Positions 9,084 through 17,634 of a stretch of 64,000 nucleotides of DNA are shown piece by piece. Each line of letters begins with the position of its first letter. Position 1 is the stretch's first letter. The notes under the pieces were generated by a model. It did no database searches. It was not told where the DNA came from and was given only the letters and a program-made list of their open reading frames with translations. The position numbers and the translations under genes were made by a program. Source of the DNA: Patescibacteria group bacterium (GTDB lineage: Bacteria; Patescibacteriota; Minisyncoccia; Minisyncoccales; RBG-13-36-15); the NCBI GenBank assembly GCA_018609195.1, contig JAHCSE010000004.1, forward strand, positions 8,474 to 72,473, written 5' to 3'.

Positions 9084-9662
9084 ATGAATAAAAGCAAAGC
9101 TTTTACACTAATCGAAATGCTTGTTGCGGTAACCATTTTTTCCTTGGTTATTGGCTCAGCGAGCGGTCTTTTGATTTCAGCCATTAGGTCTCAGACTAAG
9201 GCTTTGGCCTCTCAGAAGATTTTGGACGAAACAAGTTTTGTAATGGAATATATGAGCAGAGCTTTAAGAATGGCGAAGAAGGAATTAAATTGTCCAGGTG
9301 TTGATTGTTGTCTTATTGATAATGGAAATGGTTATAATTACGAGAATCCAGGATTGGATACCACCAGAATAAAATTTATAAGATTTATAGGTACTCAAGA
9401 TGTCTGTCAAGAATTTCGCTTAAACAGCGTCAGTGATCAGTTAGAGGAATATAGAGATGGTATCTTTTTTGGAGAGTTAACTTCCGATGGGCTGGAAGTA
9501 TCTTCTCTCCAATTTAATCTTATAGGAGTAGCTCAACCTCCAACAGATGATCTTCAGCCGAGAGTCACTATCTCAATGAAAATAAAAAAGGCAGGAGTAG
9601 CAAAGCCAGAAATTAAAATACAGACCACCATTTCCCAGAGAAACTTGGATGTGCAACAATAA
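9084..9662 (+). CDS. minor pilin (PilW-like)
   Basis: 192 aa. N-terminal KAFTLIEMLVAVTIFSLVIGSASGLL. Confidence 0.7.
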   Translation: MNKSKAFTLIEMLVAVTIFSLVIGSASGLLISAIRSQTKALASQKILDETSFVMEYMSRALRMAKKELNCPGVDCCLIDNGNGYNYENPGLDTTRIKFIRFIGTQDVCQEFRLNSVSDQLEEYRDGIFFGELTSDGLEVSSLQFNLIGVAQPPTDDLQPRVTISMKIKKAGVAKPEIKIQTTISQRNLDVQQ

Positions 9663-9741
9663 AAACTAAACCAATAGAACAATGCAACAATGTAACAACG
9701 TAAAGTTGCGTGGCAACCACGTTGCTTTACGCAATAAAACA

Positions 9742-10095
9742 ATGCAACGTGGTATTGCTCTCTATTTAGCTCTTATTGTTATGTTTATTTTACTTGGCAT
9801 TGGCTTGGGAATAAGTACTATTTTAATTGGTCAAATTAAGATAATTAGAGGAGTAGGTAATTCAGTCGTTGCTTTTTATGCTGCCGATACCGGAGTCGAA
9901 AGAGTTTTATATGCGATTCGAAAAGAAGGATATTGTTCTCCTCCTCCTTTATTACCCGTTCAACCTTTTATAGATGTTGCTTTAGGCAATGGTGCGACTT
10001 ATACAGTGACTATTACTGCTTGTAATGGCGCTACAACTATTGATTCAAAAGGAACCTATCAAGAAACTCGTCGAGCAATAGAGATTACCTACTAA
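9742..10095 (+). CDS. PilX-like minor pilin
   Basis: ORF track starts at 9682. The likely start is ATG 9742 (MQRGIALYLALIVMFILLGIGLGIST), because the upstream part is a palindromic spacer. Last gene of the minor-pilin block. Confidence 0.55.
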   Translation: MQRGIALYLALIVMFILLGIGLGISTILIGQIKIIRGVGNSVVAFYAADTGVERVLYAIRKEGYCSPPPLLPVQPFIDVALGNGATYTVTITACNGATTIDSKGTYQETRRAIEITY

Positions 10096-10132
10096 AATAG
10101 CTTAACCTGAGATACAAAGGACTAAAAATTTT

Positions 10133-10157
10133 CGGAGGCCGATCTCCGATTTTTTTT
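10133..10157 (+). terminator. rho-independent terminator ending T4P locus 1
   Basis: CGGAG-gccgat-CTCCG followed by a T8 run. Confidence 0.7.
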
Positions 10158-10184
10158 GAGTATAATTGAATCCTCGGCTATAAT
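10156..10184 (+). promoter_or_regulatory. candidate sigma70-type promoter for ligA leader
   Basis: TTGAGT (10156-10161), 17 nt, TATAAT (10179-10184). Confidence 0.4.
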
Positions 10185-10188
10185 TAAA

Positions 10189-10330
10189 AGAGAACATAGG
10201 CCTCGTTACACTCGGCACTATGTTCTTTAGACACCCACGGTTTCTAACGTTTTCGTCCCTCGTTTCACTCAGGACGAAAGCCTGTTTTCCTACACGGAGA
10301 GATACCCAATCTCCCCGACCCCCTCTGTGC
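10189..10330 (+). repeat. structured repeat family, copy A (ligA leader)
   Basis: Contains TTAGACACC-CAC-GGTTTCTAA, hairpin TTCGTCC/GGACGAA, GAAAGCCTGTTTTCCTACACGG, hairpin GGAGAT-accca-ATCTCC and CCGACCCCC. The blocks are in the same order as in copies B-D. Confidence 0.8.
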
Positions 10331-10364
10331 TGTATCGAAATTATTGAAATTCCGATACAAAAAT

Positions 10365-12488
10365 ATGACAAAATCCGAAGCCAAAAAGAGGATTGAGAGA
10401 TTAAAAAAGCTAATCAATCACCATCGCTATCTCTATCACGTTTTGGATAAACAGGAGATTTCTCCTTCAGCTTTAGATTCTCTCAAAAAGGAGCTCTTTG
10501 ATTTGGAGCAAGAATATCCAGAATTTATTACCCTTGATTCTCCTACCCAGAGAATTGGGGGAGAACCCTTGGAAAAATTTAAGAAAGTGAGACACCTTAC
10601 TCCGATGTTATCTTTCAATGATGCTTTCTCTGAAAAAGATATGACCGATTGGCAAGATCGAATTTCAAAACTTTTAACTGATAAAGAGCAGCAAAAAATT
10701 GATTTTTTTTGTGAGTTAAAAATTGATGGGTTAGCTATTGAATTGATTTACAATAATGGAATTTTAAAAACAGGTTCAACGCGAGGAGATGGGATAATTG
10801 GGGAGGATGTCACTCAGAATCTAAAAACCATAGAGGCCATTCCTTTAAGACTAAGAGAAAAAGATGAAATTTTAAAAGATCTAAAAAAACTTAATCTTTC
10901 CCAAACTACCCGCCAGAGGCGAGGCTCGCCAGGGGCGGCCAACTACCAATTACCAGCTACTATTGTCGTCCGGGGAGAGATTTTTATTTCAAAAAAAGAA
11001 TTTGAGAAGTTAAATAAGGAAAGAAAAAAAGGGGGATTGACGCTCTATGCCAATCCAAGAAATGTGGCAGCAGGCTCGATTCGACAATTGGATCCGAAAG
11101 TGACCACTAAAAGGCATCTTGACTCGATTACTTATGATTTAGTTTCAGATCTTGGCCAGAAAACTCATGAGGAAGAACACCAGATTTTAAAAACCCTTGG
11201 ATTCAAGATCAACCTCCATAATAAATATTACAAAAATCTATCAGAAGTTTTTAAATTTCATAAATTTTGGCAAAAAGAGAGGGGAAATATTCCCTATGAG
11301 ATTGATGGGATAGTAGTTATGGTTAATCCAAATCAAATTTTTGAAAAATTAGGAGTGGTGGGAAAAGCTCCCCGGGGGGCAATAGCTTTCAAATTTGCCC
11401 TAAAACAGGCCACCACGAAAATTGAAGATATCAAAGTTCAGATTGGGAGGACTGGGGCTTTGACTCCAGTTGCTTATTTAAAACCTGTGAAAGTGGGAGG
11501 GGTGACTATTTCAAGAGCTACTTTGCACAATGAAGATGAAATAAAAAGACTGGGCGTGAAAATTGGCGATACCGTCATTGTAGGTCGGGCGGGGGACGTC
11601 ATTCCAGATATTATCAAAGTCTTGCCCGAATTAAGAACAGGCAGAGAAGAGGCCTTTCAAATGCCAAGAAAATGCCCAGCTTGTGGCAAAAAAGTGGTAA
11701 AACCTGAGGGGGAGGTGATGTCTCGCTGTGAAAATCCTAAATGCTTTGCCCAGCTGAGAAGATATTTTTACCATTTCATTTCAAAGGGGGCTTTTGATAT
11801 CGTTGGCCTTGGCCCAAAAATTATTGATAAATTAATTGATGCAGGATTAGCTTCAGATCCAGCCGACCTCTTTAAATTAGAAATAGGAGATATTTTGCCC
11901 TTGGAAAGCCTGCCCCGTAGGAAGCCGAAGGCTTTCATTCGGGGATTTGCTGAAAAATCAGCTCAAAATTTAATTTCAGCTATTCAATCACGGAAAAAAA
12001 TTACGCTATCTAAATTAATTTATGTTTTGGGAATTAGAAATGTTGGGGAAGAGACCGCGATAGATTTAGCTCAGCACTTCAAGAATTTAGAAAATTTAAA
12101 AAAGGCAAGGGTTGAGAATTTAGAGAGAGTAAAAGATATTGGTCCTGTCGTAGCCGAATCAATTTATGACTGGTTTCATCAAAAAAGAAATTTGCAATTT
12201 CTAAAGAAGTTGGAGGAAGCAGAAGTAAGAATAGAGAAACCTGAGGTGAAAGCGAAGAAGTTAAAACTTAAAGGATTGACTTTTGTTTTCACTGGCATCC
12301 TGGAGAGCATCACCAGAGATGAAGCGAAAGAAAAAATCAGAGAATTGGGAGGAAAAGTTTCTGAATCAGTATCCAAAAAGACGAATTATGTTATTTTCGG
12401 CAAAGAACCGGGATCGAAATATGAAAAGGCAAAAAAACTAAGCCTCAAGACAATAGGGGAACAGGAATTTCTAAAAATGATTAAATAG
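10365..12488 (+). CDS. ligA: NAD-dependent DNA ligase LigA
   Basis: Adenylation motif CELKIDGLA, Zn finger CPACG...C...C, HhH region, C-terminal BRCT (LTFVFTGIL...). The ORF track starts at TTG 10344 inside a hairpin; ATG 10365 (MTKSEAKKRI) is preferred. Confidence 0.92.
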   Translation: MTKSEAKKRIERLKKLINHHRYLYHVLDKQEISPSALDSLKKELFDLEQEYPEFITLDSPTQRIGGEPLEKFKKVRHLTPMLSFNDAFSEKDMTDWQDRISKLLTDKEQQKIDFFCELKIDGLAIELIYNNGILKTGSTRGDGIIGEDVTQNLKTIEAIPLRLREKDEILKDLKKLNLSQTTRQRRGSPGAANYQLPATIVVRGEIFISKKEFEKLNKERKKGGLTLYANPRNVAAGSIRQLDPKVTTKRHLDSITYDLVSDLGQKTHEEEHQILKTLGFKINLHNKYYKNLSEVFKFHKFWQKERGNIPYEIDGIVVMVNPNQIFEKLGVVGKAPRGAIAFKFALKQATTKIEDIKVQIGRTGALTPVAYLKPVKVGGVTISRATLHNEDEIKRLGVKIGDTVIVGRAGDVIPDIIKVLPELRTGREEAFQMPRKCPACGKKVVKPEGEVMSRCENPKCFAQLRRYFYHFISKGAFDIVGLGPKIIDKLIDAGLASDPADLFKLEIGDILPLESLPRRKPKAFIRGFAEKSAQNLISAIQSRKKITLSKLIYVLGIRNVGEETAIDLAQHFKNLENLKKARVENLERVKDIGPVVAESIYDWFHQKRNLQFLKKLEEAEVRIEKPEVKAKKLKLKGLTFVFTGILESITRDEAKEKIRELGGKVSESVSKKTNYVIFGKEPGSKYEKAKKLSLKTIGEQEFLKMIK
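10911..10940 (+). repeat. GC-rich palindromic mini-insertion in ligA (encodes RQRRGSPGAA)
   Basis: cgccagaggcgaggctcgccaggggcggcc. Its reverse complement shares an exact 22-mer, GCCGCCCCTGGCGAGCCTCGCC, with 34564-34585 in ychF. Confidence 0.8.
11904..11944 (+). repeat. second GC-rich palindromic mini-insertion in ligA
   Basis: GAAAGCC...GGCTTTC and CCCCG...CGGGG nested stems. Encodes SLPRRKPKAFIR just before the conserved GFAEKSAQNL. Confidence 0.65.
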
Positions 12489-12502
12489 TTACAATTGTAG
12501 CT

Positions 12503-13594
12503 ATGGCATCTATTATTGCTCACTTTAAAAAATTAGATTGGATAATTATTTTTTCTGTCCTGCTGCTGGTTGCCATTGGTCTTTTATCAATATATAGCTC
12601 CTCCCTATCTGGAGATTTTTTGAATTTTAAAAAACAGATTATTTTTTTAGGAATAGGCTTATTCATCCTGGTTTTATTTAGTTTTTTTGATTGGAGAGTG
12701 TTCAGAGATAATCCCTATTTAATTTTAGTTCTCTATTTTTTTTCTTTATTGGCTTTAGTCGGTCTATTTTTTTTAGCTCCAGAAATTAGAGGGGTGAAGA
12801 GCTGGTACAGATTGGGTCCTCTGGCTTTTGATCCAATAGAATTTACCAAAATTATTTTGATTATTCTGTTAGCTAAATTTTTTTCAATGAGGCATATCGA
12901 AATGTATCGTGTAGTGCATATTCTCCTTTCTGGAATGTATGTTTTCTTACCAGCTACCTTAATTTTTTTCCAGCCAAATTTTGGGTCGGCCCTCATCTTA
13001 ATTATTTTTTGGATAGCTATTTTAATTATTTCTGGGATAAAAACTCGCCATTTTTTAATTTTAATTATTTTGGGATTACTATCTCTAATTTTGATTTGGT
13101 CATTTTTATTAAAAGATTATCAACAAGAGAGAATTATTAGTTTTCTCCAACCTCAGATTGAACCTTTAGGAATTGGCTGGAGTCAGAAACAAGCTCAAAT
13201 TGCTATAGGAACAGGTGGAATTTTTGGTCAGGGAATTGGCCAGGGTTCTCAAACTCAATATGGGTTTTTAACTGTTCCCCAGACTGATTTTATTTTTTCT
13301 GCCATTGCTGAAGAAATGGGATTTTTTGGGGTTACAATTTTATTAATCCTTTTTTCTATTTTAATCTGGCGGATTTTTAAAATTGCCCTTTTAGCTAAAA
13401 CCAATTTCTCCCGGCTTTTTGCTGTGGGATTCGCCACCCTTTTAATTTCTCAGGCTTTCATCCACATTGGAATGAATTTAGGGCTTTTGCCCATTATCGG
13501 TATATCCTTGCCCTTGGTTAGTTATGGAGGATCGGGTTTGATTGCTACTTTTATCGGATTAGGGATATTGCAAAGCATCAGAACTAAAGCCTGA
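12503..13594 (+). CDS. SEDS-family peptidoglycan polymerase (FtsW/RodA)
   Basis: 363 aa, about 10 TM helices. C-terminal LPLVSYGGSGLIA motif typical of FtsW/RodA/SpoVE. Confidence 0.85.
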   Translation: MASIIAHFKKLDWIIIFSVLLLVAIGLLSIYSSSLSGDFLNFKKQIIFLGIGLFILVLFSFFDWRVFRDNPYLILVLYFFSLLALVGLFFLAPEIRGVKSWYRLGPLAFDPIEFTKIILIILLAKFFSMRHIEMYRVVHILLSGMYVFLPATLIFFQPNFGSALILIIFWIAILIISGIKTRHFLILIILGLLSLILIWSFLLKDYQQERIISFLQPQIEPLGIGWSQKQAQIAIGTGGIFGQGIGQGSQTQYGFLTVPQTDFIFSAIAEEMGFFGVTILLILFSILIWRIFKIALLAKTNFSRLFAVGFATLLISQAFIHIGMNLGLLPIIGISLPLVSYGGSGLIATFIGLGILQSIRTKA

Positions 13595-13860
13595 CAGCCA
13601 AAAGCCTGAAAGCTAAACAGCCTAGGGCCGTTAATATTACTGAGGGAAGCAGGAGGCGAACAATAAAAAATTGGAAACACTTTTATCTGATAACCGATAC
13701 TTCCTTTTAAGTTATGAATTGGGCTATATCATTAAAAAAGAGGTAACTAACTAACCAAGTTAGGGAAATAGGTAAAATGTTTTTTGGACTAAGCCGAGGA
13801 CTGTAAGGCTGGAGGCTGTAGGGCTGAGAGGCTGGCAAAGAGTTTTCCCCAGTCTCAGTC

Positions 13861-13889
13861 TTGACAAAGGTATTGGATATCCGATAATA
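13861..13889 (+). promoter_or_regulatory. candidate sigma70-type promoter
   Basis: TTGACA (13861-13866), 16-17 nt, GATAAT/ATAATA (13883-13889). Confidence 0.4.
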
Positions 13890-13921
13890 AAAAAAGCTGA
13901 GGAATAATCTCAGCTGGCTCT

Positions 13922-14036
13922 AAAAAAAAACATGCCTCTTCGGCATGTCCGCCGATGAGGCGGAAAATAAAGAAGGCCCATAAAATCAGGCCGAAATCTT
14001 GGGAGAATTCAAAGCCGATTTTTCTTTGAGCCTTCT
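13922..14036 (-). ncRNA. candidate small RNA (about 115 nt), unclassified
   Basis: Minus-strand promoter TTGACA (14070-14065), 16 nt, TAAAAT (14048-14043). Internal hairpins, including CCGCC-tcatc-GGCGG. Terminator CATGCC-gaagag-GCATG plus U9 (13947-13922). A second hairpin plus U7 lies at 13914-13889. Confidence 0.4.
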
Positions 14037-14064
14037 CACTTGATTTTACTCAACCAAAAATTTT

Positions 14065-14149
14065 TGTCAAGCCCTCCTAACTTTTTGGACCAGAGCCCCT
14101 GGCTCTCGATTGGACGAAAGCCAGTCCAAAAAGTTTGGAGGGCAAGCCC
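14065..14149. repeat. hairpin element IR1 (arms GCCCTCC.AACTTTTTGGAC / GTCCAAAAAGTTTGGAGGGC)
   Basis: Arms at 14065-14090 and 14124-14149 match 21/22 as an inverted repeat. The left end carries TTGACA on the minus strand. Confidence 0.85.
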
Positions 14150-14185
14150 TTATCTCCCAAATTTTTGGGCTATGGATAACTAGAT

Positions 14186-14473
14186 ATGCATTATGTTTAT
14201 GCTATCCAGGGTAAGAAAAATAAAAAGATATATATTGGTTATACCAACGATTTGCGAAAAAGATTTAAAATGCATAATTTAGGAAAAGTATTTTCTACTC
14301 AACCATATAAACCATTTGATTTGATATATTACGAGGCTTATCGAAATAAAAATGACGCTGTAGAAAGAGAAAAATTTCTTAAATCTGGTTGGGGAAAGAA
14401 TTATATGAAGCGAATCCTTAAACATTATTTTGCTGCCCAAAAATTTGGGAGGGCAAGTCCGCCCAAATTTTGA
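14186..14473 (+). CDS. small GIY-YIG nuclease-superfamily protein
   Basis: 95 aa. N-terminal YVYAIQGKKNKKIYIGYTNDLRKRFKMHN (GIY...YIG, conserved R). The last 13 codons are read from a repeat arm. Confidence 0.8.
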   Translation: MHYVYAIQGKKNKKIYIGYTNDLRKRFKMHNLGKVFSTQPYKPFDLIYYEAYRNKNDAVEREKFLKSGWGKNYMKRILKHYFAAQKFGRASPPKF

Positions 14474-14500
14474 GAAACAAAACTTGGGAGGGCAAGCCCT
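14436..14500. repeat. two tandem half-copies of the IR arm (TTGGGAGGGCAAG[T/C]CC)
   Basis: ccaaaaatttgggagggcaagtcc (14436-14460) and caaaacttgggagggcaagccc (14478-14500). Confidence 0.8.
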
Positions 14501-14526
14501 AAAGTTTAATTTTTAGGATAACTTCA

Positions 14527-17379
14527 ATGAATAATAAAGAAGAATCAAAATATATTTCTCTTCAGGAAGCTACAAAATACTGTTCCTATTCTCAGGATTA
14601 TTTATCTTTGCTGGCGAGAACCGGAAAATTGAAGTCAGTAAAGATTGGCAGGAATTGGGTGACTACCAAAGAATGGATTGAGGAATATATAGAAAGAGTG
14701 AAAGAGTTTAATAATTATAATCGGTTACCCAAAAAGAATCTCATCAGGGTTGAAGTTAAATTCGAGGAAGAGGAAATCTCAGAAAGTCCGTCCCCATTAT
14801 CTGAGTCTTCAGAGGACACTTCACCTTTTCAAGAGTTGCCAAAAGTTAGACAACCAGAGCAAGCCCCCCTCCTTATTTTAGCTTTTGCCCTGGTTTTTGT
14901 TTTACTGATAGCTGCCGGAATTTTTGGTAAAGAGAATTTCAAAAATGCTTTTCAACAGATCGATCCTTATGTAACAGCAATTAATCAAGAAGTTGATGAA
15001 GGAATTGTCCAAGGATGGAAAGGGATTCAGAAAGGGGTTCAGGGGATTGGTGGAGCTGGAGATTTTGTTTTTGAAGGGGCAGCTAAATCTTTTGAAGAAA
15101 GTTTTGTTACGGTCTCTAGGGATGCTTATCAATTCTCCCGGGAAGCTGTTTCCATGTTTGGAGAAATTACGGTTCTCGGTTCAGTAGGGGCTAATCAATT
15201 AGCTGAGGTTTCTCAGGAAATTCCAAAATCAATTTTGGAATCGATAAAAAACATTGGCCAATCAATAGGCCAAGGAACAAAAAATATGGCCTCTGGTATT
15301 AGTTCTCGGCTCTCAGGTTTGGCTCAATTCGTCAGCCAGCTTTTCAAAAGAGAAACACTGGTTAAAGTAGAAAAAGAAGTAATACCCGAAGAGTTAGAAA
15401 AAGAAATTGCTAAATTGGCAGATGAGATTGGAAAATTAAAACTGAGAGGATTTCCAGAAAAAGGTCCTCAAGGTCCTCAAGGTTCGCCTGGACCTCCTGG
15501 TCCTCAAGGTCTCTCCGGGCCTCAGGGCCCCACTGGTCCTCAAGGTCCCTCGGGCCCTCCAGGACCCTCTGGGCCTCAAGGAGTGGCAACTCTAGCTGCA
15601 CGTTTTGCAAATTTAAGCACCAATACCGTTTCCATCGGAGGTAATTTTGATTCTCTCAACATAGGAAGAGGGAATCTTACCGTTGATTCAGCTGGAAGTC
15701 TTACTACCTCAGGTTCTCTTACTGTTTCAGGAACAATTACAGAAGGAGGAACCTCCCTAACCTCCAAATATATTGGTATTCCCTCAGGCTCTACTCAGGG
15801 AGATGTTCTCTATTACAGTGGGGCTGCTTGGGCAAGATTAGCAGCAGGGAGCTCTGGCCAATTTTTACAAACCCAAGGTTCCGGAGCTAATCCTGTTTGG
15901 GCAACAGTAACTTCTGGTTCTACTCTCTGGACAGACGGAGGCACTGTAACTTATCTAACCGCAATCTCTGATGATCTGGCCCTGGGAGGAACTGATTCCA
16001 CTGCTCCCTTCTTCATGGATGTTTCAACTGGGAGCCTGGCACTCACTGGTTCTCTCACCGGAACCGTCCTCAACTTAACTGGTCTCACCAACCAGATTGT
16101 TTTAGATTCAGACGGAACAAACACTGGAACCTTAACCATGGCTTCTCTTTCTGCTTCAAGAACCTGGACCTTACCTAATGCTACCGGCACTGTGATCACC
16201 GCAGGAAACCTCACTGATATCACTTCTGTTACCGGGTTAAACACCCAAAATGCCCTCCAACTTGGTCCCTTCGGTTCCTCAGCAGGAAACACAGGAGAGA
16301 TCAGGTTCTTAGAACTTGCTGCCAGTGGTACTAACTATGTAGGATTTAAAGCTCCTGATGCCATTACCACCAATGTAATTTGGACTCTTCCTGCAGCAGA
16401 TGGCACAGCAGATCAGGTCTTATCCACTAATAGTTCAGGAGTTCTCTCCTGGGCTACTGCCGGAGGTCTCTTTACTGATGGCGGAACCACCACCTATCTG
16501 ACCTCAACCACTGATGATTTAGCCCTTGGAGGCACAGATTCCACTGCTCCCTTCTTCATGGATGTTTCAACTGGGAATTTGACTCTCACAGGTGATCTTG
16601 CTGTCAACGGTGGGGATATTACTTCAACTGGCGCACTTACAATCACGCCTGGAGCTGGAACCAACTTCAATATTGCTCTTTCAACCACTGGAGATTTTGC
16701 CGTCAACACCAATCAACTCTTTGTTGATACCTCAACCGGCCGCGTCGGCATCGGGACGGCGAGTCCAGCCTTCAAACTTGATGTGTTAGGCAGTATCAGA
16801 GCCTCGGACGCCTTTCTGTTCTTCGACGGCTCCACTCAAGCTATGGCAAGCACTCCCAGTGGATTTTCCTGGCGTGTCACTACAGCTTCCTTCCTCCAGT
16901 TATTTAACGTAGCAGGAGAGGAAACAAATCCCCGAGGCGTTTTCTTCAAGCCTGACGGAACAAAGATGTATATTATAGGACTTATTGGTGATGATGTCAA
17001 TGAATATAACTTGTCAACTCCCTGGGATGTCTCAACTGCTTCGTTCCTCCAGTTATTTAGCGTATCAGGAGAGGAAACAGTCCCTACAGGCGTTTTCTTC
17101 AAGCCAGACGGAACAAAGATGTATGTTATAGGGTCTACTGGTGATGACGTCAATGAATATAACTTATCAACTCCCTGGGATGTCTTAACAGCTTCGTTCA
17201 ACCAGTTATTTAGCGTGGCAGGAGAGGAAACAGTCCCTACAGGCCTCTTCTTCAAGCCAGACGGAACAAAGATGTATGTTATAGGGCAAAGTGGTGTTGA
17301 TGTCAATGAATATAACTTATCAACTCCCTGGAATGTCTTAACAGCTTCGTTCCTCCAGTTATTTAGCGTATTAGGATAG
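14527..17379 (+). CDS. giant surface-fibre protein, N-terminal part (HTH, TM, collagen-like, tail-fibre-like repeats, 51-aa repeats); ends at in-frame TAG
   Basis: 950 codons. N-terminal excisionase-type HTH ([46 protein letters not shown]), TM helix [22 protein letters not shown], 13 G-X-Y triplets, repeated [16 protein letters not shown] blocks. Confidence 0.85.
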   Translation: MNNKEESKYISLQEATKYCSYSQDYLSLLARTGKLKSVKIGRNWVTTKEWIEEYIERVKEFNNYNRLPKKNLIRVEVKFEEEEISESPSPLSESSEDTSPFQELPKVRQPEQAPLLILAFALVFVLLIAAGIFGKENFKNAFQQIDPYVTAINQEVDEGIVQGWKGIQKGVQGIGGAGDFVFEGAAKSFEESFVTVSRDAYQFSREAVSMFGEITVLGSVGANQLAEVSQEIPKSILESIKNIGQSIGQGTKNMASGISSRLSGLAQFVSQLFKRETLVKVEKEVIPEELEKEIAKLADEIGKLKLRGFPEKGPQGPQGSPGPPGPQGLSGPQGPTGPQGPSGPPGPSGPQGVATLAARFANLSTNTVSIGGNFDSLNIGRGNLTVDSAGSLTTSGSLTVSGTITEGGTSLTSKYIGIPSGSTQGDVLYYSGAAWARLAAGSSGQFLQTQGSGANPVWATVTSGSTLWTDGGTVTYLTAISDDLALGGTDSTAPFFMDVSTGSLALTGSLTGTVLNLTGLTNQIVLDSDGTNTGTLTMASLSASRTWTLPNATGTVITAGNLTDITSVTGLNTQNALQLGPFGSSAGNTGEIRFLELAASGTNYVGFKAPDAITTNVIWTLPAADGTADQVLSTNSSGVLSWATAGGLFTDGGTTTYLTSTTDDLALGGTDSTAPFFMDVSTGNLTLTGDLAVNGGDITSTGALTITPGAGTNFNIALSTTGDFAVNTNQLFVDTSTGRVGIGTASPAFKLDVLGSIRASDAFLFFDGSTQAMASTPSGFSWRVTTASFLQLFNVAGEETNPRGVFFKPDGTKMYIIGLIGDDVNEYNLSTPWDVSTASFLQLFSVSGEETVPTGVFFKPDGTKMYVIGSTGDDVNEYNLSTPWDVLTASFNQLFSVAGEETVPTGLFFKPDGTKMYVIGQSGVDVNEYNLSTPWNVLTASFLQLFSVLG
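15463..15579 (+). repeat. collagen-like G-X-Y tract (13 triplets)
   Basis: [39 protein letters not shown], read in the gene frame. Confidence 0.9.
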
Positions 17380-17634
17380 GAAATAGTCCCTACAGGCGTT
17401 TTCTTCAAGCCAGACGGAACAAAGATGTATGTTATAGGGACTGCTGGTGATGAGGTCAATGAATATAACTTATCAACTCCCTGGGATGTCTTAACTGCTT
17501 CGTTCAACCAGTTATTTAGCGTGGCAGGAGAGGACACAGCCCCTACAGGCGTTTTCTTCAAGCCAGACGGAACAAAGATGTATGTTATAGGAGATAATGA
17601 TGATGATGTCAATGAATATGACTTAGGCCTTATC
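16870..17634 (+). repeat. five tandem 153-nt (51-codon) repeats inside the giant gene
   Basis: Units start at 16870, 17023, 17176, 17329 and 17482. Consensus W[DN][43 protein letters not shown]. Confidence 0.9.

Noticed and set aside
10281-10323. GTTTTCC...GGAAAAC-type palindromes in the repeat family looked superficially like CRISPR repeats.
   Set aside because: There is no array. The copies are tens of kb apart, have no regular spacers, sit inside a larger conserved element, and no cas genes are in the window.
10904-10947. 7-nt direct repeat AACTACC on both sides of the ligA insert, considered as a target-site duplication.
   Set aside because: The repeat period is 37 nt, not a multiple of 3. 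A simple insertion-plus-duplication would therefore have frameshifted ligA. The match may be partly fortuitous or followed by compensating changes, so it is not claimed as a TSD.
13594-13860. AT-rich 170-nt core flanked by GCCTG/CAGCC-rich imperfect inverted segments, with a GGGAAGCAGG string reminiscent of SRP helix 8.
   Set aside because: Arm complementarity is weak (roughly 60 percent by eye). No tetraloop or partner strand exists for an SRP-like helix. The only solid match is the 13-mer fragment of the structured repeat family, already reported.
17377-17379. Possibility that the organism reassigns a stop codon (alternative genetic code).
   Set aside because: TAG ends pilB, pilT and rpoC. 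TGA ends the GIY-YIG gene, uvrA and the SEDS gene. TAA ends many others, all at positions consistent with full-length conserved proteins. No conserved gene needs read-through apart from this one site.
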